From Promethearchaeota archaeon (GTDB taxonomy: Archaea; Asgardarchaeota; Hermodarchaeia; Hermodarchaeales; Hermodarchaeaceae), in contig JBHLMG010000002.1 in NCBI GenBank assembly GCA_048938385.1, positions 32,001 to 96,000 on the forward strand: 64,000 bases of DNA, written 5' to 3'. This document shows, in pieces, positions 56,916-64,000 of this stretch. The notes below the pieces were generated by a model. That model searched no databases. It had not been told where the DNA came from and worked only from the letters and a program-made list of their open reading frames with translations. A program made the translations under genes and the position numbers. Every line of letters starts with the position of its first letter. Positions within the stretch are counted from its first letter, which is position 1.

Positions 56916-59900
56916 ATGGAAAATAACATGAAAAAGGCATTGCCTTTTCGAAAGCGACAACTAGCGTCTCTAATGGCACTAAGCATTCTAGTATTCTCAA
57001 TGTTCCTTGGTATCTCAGCGATACCCTTCAGCGCTGCCCGGGCACCAACCACTGGCGCTCCCATGCCAGATGTGTTGGACCAATATTTCCCGCGAACTGA
57101 ATCTGCGAAACCCGAAAGTGATCTTGATGAAACTATTCATCCCAATCTGGAGGCCTACTTGAAGACCGGCGTTGTACCTGATGAACTCCGGTCAATCGAT
57201 TCAGGTGTTGAAATGCTCATTACCGCAAGTTTTGAGGTAGACTTCAACTCGCTGAGTGAACACATCCGTATCATCAATGTGTACGAACTCAGCGTTGGTT
57301 ACCTGATTCAGGGCGTAGCCTTCAATCCGAAGGCTATCTACGCGCTCAGCGCTCTACCCGGTGTTGGTCGCGTTCTTGGGAATGAATACAACAGAGTTCT
57401 TCATGACAAACCTACCGACATGGTTACCGATCAGTTCTATGCTCGGGAAATCATGGGTATCGTTGATGTTGAAACTGAATTTCCTGGTTACGATGGTACC
57501 GGTGTCACTATCGGTATTGTTGACACAGGTGTCGACTTTGGTGTGAATGACCTCGTGGATGCAATCGACCTCGATGGATTTGGTCAACCAACCAGCTACG
57601 ATCCTGGTGGATCCGGCATCGCAATTACCAGCCATGCCCTTCCCTCAGTGGGTGGTTACCTCCTCACCGAAGGCTTAGACTTTCGGATGTTCCGCAACGA
57701 TGGATCCCTCTGGTGGTCTAACTCCACCTATGGCATCTACGCCGAAAACATGTATGTAGGTGGCTATGGTGGTATCGTCAGCCAAAGCGGTATCTACAAG
57801 GTTGGTATGTCCGTCCAAATTGGTGACGCACTACCCCGGTTGTTCTTCGTCTTCCTCTTGGTTGACTCAACAACCCCCTTCGTATACGATACCGTCTATG
57901 TCGACTTTGATACCTCCTTTGCAATCACTGCAGACTACAACGGTGTAAGCGGTGGTGCTGCGGATTGGGACTTCACCAACGACGCTCCTCACATGTTCGA
58001 CAACAACCCCATCTTGACTGCTGATCTTGATGGCGATGGCATCAACGACTACAGCATGGGTAGTCTCTCCAACACCTTCGACCTCACAGAACAAATCTCT
58101 GGCGACCTCATCTCCGGGATTGATCCTATTGGTCGTGGGTTCGCCTTCATGTTCGACAACGATGGTCACGGTACTGGGTGTGCAGTTGCATCAGCTGGTC
58201 GAGGCGTCACTCCCTTCGAAGTGTACGCCAACGGCACTGAGTACTACCTACCCGGTGCAGCTCCTGGTGCTACCATCATGGCGCTGAAGACCTTCACCAT
58301 CTTAGACGACATGTCCACCTGGCTTTGGGGTTGTGGATATCGTCCAATTTATCCTGATGACTATCCATATGACGCCTTCAGCTACTGGCAAAACAGTTCT
58401 GGTCCTGCTGCTGACATTCTCAGCAACAGCTGGGGCTCCTCCACCTGGAGCGTAGACGCCCGAGACCATCCTTGGAGCTATGACTGGTTAAGCACGACTA
58501 TGGACTTTCTGACCTATGATGCAGATGTCCTCTTCTGCGTCTCAACAGGTAACACCGGTCCTGGTTACGGTACAGGTGGTCGTCCATCATCCACGATGGC
58601 CTTGATGGTCGGCGCGAGCACTAGCTCCCATATCTGGCAGGGCTTCTACAGCAACTACACTCAGGGCTACGACACGGTTGCTGACTTTAGCAGCAACGGT
58701 CCTACTCCCCAGGGCTTCAGCTCACCTGATGTTCTCGCTGTGGGCGCATACGCCTTCGGTGTCGGACCAGTCCAAGATGGTGATGGGTCTGACAACTGGG
58801 GTACCTGGGGTGGAACCAGCCTAGCTTCACCTCTCGCAGCTGCTGTTGCGGCTATTGCCAAACAGGGTAATATGGGCTTGTCGGCCTCGCAACTACGTGC
58901 AATCGTCATGAATGGTGCTGACGACTTAGGTTACGATATCTATCGGCAAGGTGCTGGTCGCGTGAACGCCTACCGGAGCCTCCACATGGCGTTCGGTAAC
59001 GCCACCGACGGCACAGACAACTTAATCCAGATGGATACTGAGTACACCTTCCAAACCCAATACGAACCCATTCGCCAGACTGGTTGGCGTGCATGGTACC
59101 TTCACATGTACTGGGGCTGGGATGATGGACTCAACTTCTGGGATTACACATCGTATTATCACCCTGCAGCCTCAGGTGTTTACGATGGCGCTGTCTTCCC
59201 ACAACCAATGTATCCCGGCGATACGCAATCCTTCAACATCTCAGCCTACGATCCTACGGGCACTGATGTCACCTCTGTCGATGCTTACACCTATGCATTG
59301 ACCGGCGAAGCAAGTGCAACGCTCACCTCCAGCTCTACCTATACGACCTTCAACATGACCGCTGAATTCTCAGCCAGCTTCATGACCGACTTCTATGCAG
59401 CGGACTATGCCGTAATTCACCTCACCTACCCACACTCCAACCTCGAATCCGTCTACGGTTTGTCCAGTCAAGCCAACTATGTGTTCCTGCATGACTGGAT
59501 TGAGGACACCAACGGAAATGGTGTCGTCGACTTCGAAGGCGGTGGCACGGCAGGTGAAGTCCGACGCATTTCGTCCGATACTGCCTACGGTAACAGCCAC
59601 ACCATCAACCTCGGCTTCCCAGGAACACACTTCTGGGGCGATCCCACCATCTACTACCACGATGTGGGCGTCGAGCTCTTCCTGTGGCGCACCCTAGATG
59701 TGAATGTCACCGTTCGCCTCTTTGACCGCGTTCCATGGGCCTGGGTTTCCACCTCTAAATACGGCGCTGATCCCACCACCTGGGATGTCACCGTCAATGT
59801 GCCTGGTGGAACTGATCCCGGCTTCTATGAAGGCTACCTAGAGGCAACCTACGGCACTGGCGCAACCCAAATGCCCATGAGCCTAAGTGTTAACTACAAC

Positions 59901-61559
59901 ATGACTGCTCCTGGCGCAGCAGGTACCTACACTTGGGGTGGCAGCACAGATACGCCCTACGACAACGGTGCAACCTACGGAAACATCCAATGGGGTTACC
60001 GACAACAGGTTGGCGACTGGCGCTTCTACTTCGTCGACTGTTATCCGACTGCAGAATATGTCAGCTATATCATGGTGAATGTCACCTGGAGCGATCCTGA
60101 CACCCGTCTGGATGTCATGTGCTGGCTCACCGGCTATGGGTACAACTGGATGGAGTCAGATAACATCTGGGAAGGTGGACGCTTCGTCGGCGACGAAACC
60201 TGGCCGCGACAGAACGTGTTACTCGTTGACGTCACACAATCATCGATCGGCTCCTGGATTACCCGGGGCGTCCTCGGCATTGCAATCCGCACTTCTGAGT
60301 TTGGTGGCTCCACCGGTGGTCCAGAAGACTTCTGGGTTACCGTCAGCTATGGTGTTGAGAACGGTCCATTTAGCTCAGTGATGTGGGATCTTCCTTACGT
60401 TCACCTGAACGCCACAGATCGAACCCGCACTTGGGCTGAAATCACTGAAAACAGCACCTGGTTTGGTCCACACGTAGAATTCAAGGCGAACTGGTCTCCA
60501 CTCGTTCTAGCAGAATTCCCGACCATTGAAATCCGTCAAACAACCATTGAGCTCTTGGCTGTGACTACAGATCATGACTATGGCACAATCGTTGGACCGG
60601 TGATTGGTGGTTGGAACCCCGACTTGAACCCGCGAGAAGACTACGCCTACTTCGATGTCCTCGGAGGCATGAGCGTCGAAATAACGACGGAGTTTGGCAC
60701 ATGGTCTGCTGGTGAAGACAGCACACTGATTCATGGTCCTGCCGATGACTGTGACATCTTCGTCTGGGCTCCAGGCGTGGCGCACACTTACGCCAACAGC
60801 CTGACTGGAGGACAGACCGCCACAGGCGCGAACCCAGAATTTGGTATCTTCACAGCTCCCATTTCTGGTGAGTACACGGTTGGTATCGACTACTATTCTG
60901 GTGTCGTCCCCATGGGTTGGACTAATGACATCTACGCCTTCTCAGCTGTTCCCTACACGGAGGACGGCGATATGTGCATCATGGACACTACCATGACAGG
61001 CACCAACGCTGCCTACGATGTGAGGGCTAGCTTTACTACAGGCACTTCGCTCGACTACGGTAGCACAGCCGGCTTTTCAGCCAGTCGGACCGTTCCGAAT
61101 GTCACATTCACGAACTTCTTCGCTCCCGAGATCACATCACTTGAACCCAACGGTGGTGAAGTTCTTGGTTACAACCCATTCCAGATCAACTGGACTGCGT
61201 TTGACGAGAACGCCGCCATTGGCGATGAAATCATCGGGTTCTCAGTGGAAGTCAGCAACGACTCTGGACTAACCTGGAAGATCATCACCTTCGGTACCAC
61301 CTTGAACAGCATCGTGTGGGATCCGTACAGCTCCTACTATGGACTGACCCCCACAAACCAAATGCTTGTCCGGGTGAATGCCACAGATGGTCGGTATGTA
61401 ACGAGCCGAACAAGTGCTGCAGTCTTCACGGTTGAAGCGAAGATCATACTGCCAACGCCTCCGTACGAACTCTATGTCGTTATTGGCGTCGCTGTGATAG
61501 TCATCGTGATCTTACTGATCACATGTCTTCTCAAGCGGCGTCAAACCTCAGCCAAGTAA
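56916..61559 (+). CDS. Large membrane-anchored S8 serine protease (active triad)
   Basis: Signal peptide; DTGVD, GHGT, SNSWG, STGN (oxyanion Asn) and GGTSLASP; C-terminal TM followed by KRR. TATAAAAA at 56859. Confidence 0.93.
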   Translation: MENNMKKALPFRKRQLASLMALSILVFSMFLGISAIPFSAARAPTTGAPMPDVLDQYFPRTESAKPESDLDETIHPNLEAYLKTGVVPDELRSIDSGVEMLITASFEVDFNSLSEHIRIINVYELSVGYLIQGVAFNPKAIYALSALPGVGRVLGNEYNRVLHDKPTDMVTDQFYAREIMGIVDVETEFPGYDGTGVTIGIVDTGVDFGVNDLVDAIDLDGFGQPTSYDPGGSGIAITSHALPSVGGYLLTEGLDFRMFRNDGSLWWSNSTYGIYAENMYVGGYGGIVSQSGIYKVGMSVQIGDALPRLFFVFLLVDSTTPFVYDTVYVDFDTSFAITADYNGVSGGAADWDFTNDAPHMFDNNPILTADLDGDGINDYSMGSLSNTFDLTEQISGDLISGIDPIGRGFAFMFDNDGHGTGCAVASAGRGVTPFEVYANGTEYYLPGAAPGATIMALKTFTILDDMSTWLWGCGYRPIYPDDYPYDAFSYWQNSSGPAADILSNSWGSSTWSVDARDHPWSYDWLSTTMDFLTYDADVLFCVSTGNTGPGYGTGGRPSSTMALMVGASTSSHIWQGFYSNYTQGYDTVADFSSNGPTPQGFSSPDVLAVGAYAFGVGPVQDGDGSDNWGTWGGTSLASPLAAAVAAIAKQGNMGLSASQLRAIVMNGADDLGYDIYRQGAGRVNAYRSLHMAFGNATDGTDNLIQMDTEYTFQTQYEPIRQTGWRAWYLHMYWGWDDGLNFWDYTSYYHPAASGVYDGAVFPQPMYPGDTQSFNISAYDPTGTDVTSVDAYTYALTGEASATLTSSSTYTTFNMTAEFSASFMTDFYAADYAVIHLTYPHSNLESVYGLSSQANYVFLHDWIEDTNGNGVVDFEGGGTAGEVRRISSDTAYGNSHTINLGFPGTHFWGDPTIYYHDVGVELFLWRTLDVNVTVRLFDRVPWAWVSTSKYGADPTTWDVTVNVPGGTDPGFYEGYLEATYGTGATQMPMSLSVNYNMTAPGAAGTYTWGGSTDTPYDNGATYGNIQWGYRQQVGDWRFYFVDCYPTAEYVSYIMVNVTWSDPDTRLDVMCWLTGYGYNWMESDNIWEGGRFVGDETWPRQNVLLVDVTQSSIGSWITRGVLGIAIRTSEFGGSTGGPEDFWVTVSYGVENGPFSSVMWDLPYVHLNATDRTRTWAEITENSTWFGPHVEFKANWSPLVLAEFPTIEIRQTTIELLAVTTDHDYGTIVGPVIGGWNPDLNPREDYAYFDVLGGMSVEITTEFGTWSAGEDSTLIHGPADDCDIFVWAPGVAHTYANSLTGGQTATGANPEFGIFTAPISGEYTVGIDYYSGVVPMGWTNDIYAFSAVPYTEDGDMCIMDTTMTGTNAAYDVRASFTTGTSLDYGSTAGFSASRTVPNVTFTNFFAPEITSLEPNGGEVLGYNPFQINWTAFDENAAIGDEIIGFSVEVSNDSGLTWKIITFGTTLNSIVWDPYSSYYGLTPTNQMLVRVNATDGRYVTSRTSAAVFTVEAKIILPTPPYELYVVIGVAVIVIVILLITCLLKRRQTSAK

Positions 61560-61564
61560 ACCAT

Positions 61565-61598
61565 AAAGGGGGTTACACCCCCTTTCCTCTCTTTTTTT
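61565..61598 (+). terminator. Hairpin + T-tract after the S8 protease
   Basis: AAAGGGGGT-TAC-ACCCCCTTT followed by CTTTTTTT. Confidence 0.65.
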
Positions 61599-61691
61599 CC
61601 GCTATCCAAAGTTCATACTTCGAGATTTTTACTTGTTATTCCCGGGTCGGAAGGCATAAAAACAGGTTGGAAAACTTCACCTTGAAGCGAA

Positions 61692-62237
61692 GTGGTGCTT
61701 GTGGCTGAACGAATACGACGCATTCTGCAAGGGCTCGCTACTCATGTCGTAACTGGGCTTCTGACCTTTTTAGCGATGTATGGAGTCGCTAACATCGGGC
61801 TGGTGTTCCCTGTTGGGATCTTCGAGTGGCTGCTGTTGTATTCATGGGTTCTTACACTTCTCGTCCTTCCGATACAAGCCGGCGTTCAGATTTGGAGTCT
61901 CCTCCAGCGGCAATCCACCCCTCTCCTACTCACCTACTATTTTCAGTATGATGCCACGCACAACCTTCCACACCGTTTCCTGGATCCCGTGCAGAGCCGG
62001 ATCGGTTTAGCGACGGTGCTAATTTTGTTAATCGGTGGACTTATCGCGTGGCCTATTTACGCCGTTTATGGGGCCTTTCTCCTTATTGCCCAGTATGGCC
62101 CCCTCTTGTTATCCCTCGAATTCATCATCCTGTTCATTCAGGGACTAGCAGTCGGAACCGCAGCTATTTTTGTCGCTTATTTCCTTCTTGCTTCCTTCGC
62201 CATTCTGATTTTACAATGGCGCCGTAGAGCACGATAA
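61692..62237 (+). CDS. Hypothetical membrane protein
   Basis: About 4 TM segments and a basic C-terminal tail. Confidence 0.65.
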   Translation: MVLVAERIRRILQGLATHVVTGLLTFLAMYGVANIGLVFPVGIFEWLLLYSWVLTLLVLPIQAGVQIWSLLQRQSTPLLLTYYFQYDATHNLPHRFLDPVQSRIGLATVLILLIGGLIAWPIYAVYGAFLLIAQYGPLLLSLEFIILFIQGLAVGTAAIFVAYFLLASFAILILQWRRRAR

Positions 62238-62274
62238 CGAAAAATTCATGATAGCTCAGGTTTCATTCCTGGGT

Positions 62275-63561
62275 TTACCCGATCTCCTTCTGCAGTAATT
62301 CCCCAAGTTTGCGAATCCCTGCGTCAAGGACCTCAGGCGTTGAGTAGGAGTAACTAATGCGCATAGTATTCAATGCGCGTTCAACCGGAATCAATTCGTT
62401 GTTTTCCGGAGTATAACTCATTCCCATCAGAGGATAAAAAGCGATGCCAGGCACATAGATGATATCGTTAGGTAGAGCAACCTGCTCTAAGAATTTCTTC
62501 GCATCAAACTTTTTGTTTTCGCTTTCCCACCAGATAAAGAAGCCACCGGTCGGATCAGTTCGACTGCCTGCGGGGAAGGTCTCGTCAATGGCCTTGCACA
62601 TAACATCTGCTCGTTCTTTATAGATCTCTAAAGCTTGAGGAAGTACTTCGTCAATGAATTGTGTATAGTAAATGTTCAACAAACGTTGGACGATAGTGGG
62701 ACTACATAGGTCAAGAAATCCTTTATCTTTATTGACCTCTTCAGCCACTTTGTTAGGAAAGACGCTGTATCCAATGCGAAGAACAGCTGCTTCTTTACTA
62801 CTGGTTCGTAAGTATGCTACGTATTTATTCTCAGTGTCGAGGGCTTTAATGGGCTTTTCTCGGGGTTGGCGAAACTGAATCTCGCGGTATGCCCCATCCT
62901 CTACGATGAGAATGTGATGTTTCTGGGCTAGTTCAAAGAGGGCTTCTCGGCGTTTTGCAGGAATTGTCGTGCCTTTGGGGTTATCAGAATCTGGGACAAC
63001 ATACAGCATCTCGGGTTTTTTCCCTAACTCCTTTTTACAGAGTCGAATGGCGGCATCAAAATACTCCGGAATTGCTCCTTGGAGATCTGTCGGTACAGTG
63101 ATGATTCGGGCTCCTAATTTTACAGCAGGCACCAAAAATCCGAGATATGCAGGGCTCGTCGTTAGGATGATATCACCTTGATCAATGCAAGTATCGATCA
63201 CTGCATACAAGGCTTGCTGTGAACCCGTGGTAATTATGATGTCATCTTCTGGTGTGTCTGGGTTCAGGGTAACACCGTCTTTCTCAATTAAACGCTTTGC
63301 GAGAGTTTTTCGAAGAAAAGCTTTACCACTGGTTGGTCCGTAATTAAAATCATCAATGACTCGCTCCTCATTCCCTGCCTGTATCTCTTCTAGTTGTTCG
63401 TTCCCTAAATCGATGAGCGACTGCGCTAATGTCCTAATGGGGAGAGCTCCAGGCTTACCTCCACCAAAATAAAACTTCACATTGTATTTGAGTAGTCGAC
63501 GAATTTCTGATTCTGGGATAAACTGTGTCCACGCAGCTAAATCATAGGGTTCCTTACTCAT
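62275..63561 (-). CDS. PLP-dependent aminotransferase class I/II (ARO8/LysN-like)
   Basis: YGPTSG, TTGSQQAL, NPKG, EDGAY, TSSK...LRIGY and GGFFIW. Confidence 0.92.
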   Translation of the reverse strand: MSKEPYDLAAWTQFIPESEIRRLLKYNVKFYFGGGKPGALPIRTLAQSLIDLGNEQLEEIQAGNEERVIDDFNYGPTSGKAFLRKTLAKRLIEKDGVTLNPDTPEDDIIITTGSQQALYAVIDTCIDQGDIILTTSPAYLGFLVPAVKLGARIITVPTDLQGAIPEYFDAAIRLCKKELGKKPEMLYVVPDSDNPKGTTIPAKRREALFELAQKHHILIVEDGAYREIQFRQPREKPIKALDTENKYVAYLRTSSKEAAVLRIGYSVFPNKVAEEVNKDKGFLDLCSPTIVQRLLNIYYTQFIDEVLPQALEIYKERADVMCKAIDETFPAGSRTDPTGGFFIWWESENKKFDAKKFLEQVALPNDIIYVPGIAFYPLMGMSYTPENNELIPVERALNTMRISYSYSTPEVLDAGIRKLGELLQKEIG

Positions 63562-63646
63562 TACATTTCAACCTCTGGGTTGCTTGTACAGGATTTAACA
63601 TAGACTAGTTTTTTAGCTATTTCAAGAAATGGGTTGAAAAGCCAGC

Positions 63647-64000
63647 TTATTGTTCAAGCTTTTCAATGATTCCCATAGTGAGTGTGCGGAAGGCATCTTC
63701 AACCCCATCACCATTCAATGCACTGGTCTCTAAATAGTCACAGCCATACCGGTCAATCCAAGGTTGAATATCCGCTTCCTTGAGCGCTCGTTTTTTCTTC
63801 AGGTCGGCTTTGTTACCAATGAGGATAACTGTGACATCACCCGCGTGTTCTCGTATCTCTCGCATCCAATCCTCTACTGCTTCAAGTGTATCCGGGCGAG
63901 TCAAATCGAAAACCAACATTGCGCCGTCAGTTTGTTTGTAAAAGCTAGACCGGTAAGGTGCAAAGCGTTCTTGACTGGCTATATCCCAAATGATAAGTCG
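63647..64000 (-). CDS. Rab-like small GTPase, 5'-truncated by the window edge
   Basis: The frame is open from 64000: RLIIWDIASQERF..Y...FY...GAMLVFDLT; G4 GNKAD; G5 ETSA. Confidence 0.88.
   Translation of the reverse strand, partial: RLIIWDIASQERFAPYRSSFYKQTDGAMLVFDLTRPDTLEAVEDWMREIREHAGDVTVILIGNKADLKKKRALKEADIQPWIDRYGCDYLETSALNGDGVEDAFRTLTMGIIEKLEQ

Noticed and set aside
1179-63181. Many short ORFs (60-175 aa) overlapping longer genes, for example 1179-1487, 14700-15221, 21358-21867, 42157-42612 and 43140-43574
   Set aside because: They are antisense or alternate-frame shadows of well-supported genes and carry no motifs.
1-64000. CRISPR arrays, IS elements, integrases, prophage, defence islands
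   Set aside because: No regularly spaced repeats and no transposase, integrase or cas motifs were seen by eye.

Overview
This is a gene-dense archaeal chromosome segment, most likely from an Asgard archaeon. That assignment is an inference from a geranylgeranyl reductase, TATA/BRE promoters, a longin-Arf GTPase fusion, a Rab-like GTPase, a WD40 protein and a eukaryote-type CIA2/MIP18. I found no CRISPR array, transposase, integrase or tRNA. From left to right the window holds: (1) a partial GGR, a WD40 gene and a GC-rich structured RNA candidate with a k-turn; (2) an Fe-S/sulfur neighbourhood with a Cys-rich HTH regulator, SufS, a ThiF/MoeB E1-like enzyme, a long coiled-coil protein and a CIA2-like protein; (3) metabolic and membrane genes; (4) scattered DNA-repair genes, namely a MutY-like glycosylase, an ATPase-dead RecA/Rad51 paralog, endonuclease IV and a Hrq1/DUF1998 helicase carrying an Elf1-like N-terminal zinc ribbon, with PIP-like tails on the RecA paralog, endonuclease IV and a small zinc-finger ORF; (5) a longin-Arf GTPase and a 1625-aa tail-anchored SNAP/TPR-like solenoid protein; (6) a peptide-harvesting region with a 5-oxoprolinase-like pair, an Opp ABC transporter lacking a local binding protein but with a nested extracellular duplication in OppC, a membrane-anchored S8 protease and an aminotransferase. 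A second S8 paralog about 36 kb upstream appears catalytically dead. The strongest leads are the Elf1-helicase fusion, the eukaryote-like CIA2 near sufS, the giant solenoid protein, the active/pseudo-protease pair and the k-turn RNA. All family calls come from motif recognition by eye; no searches were run.
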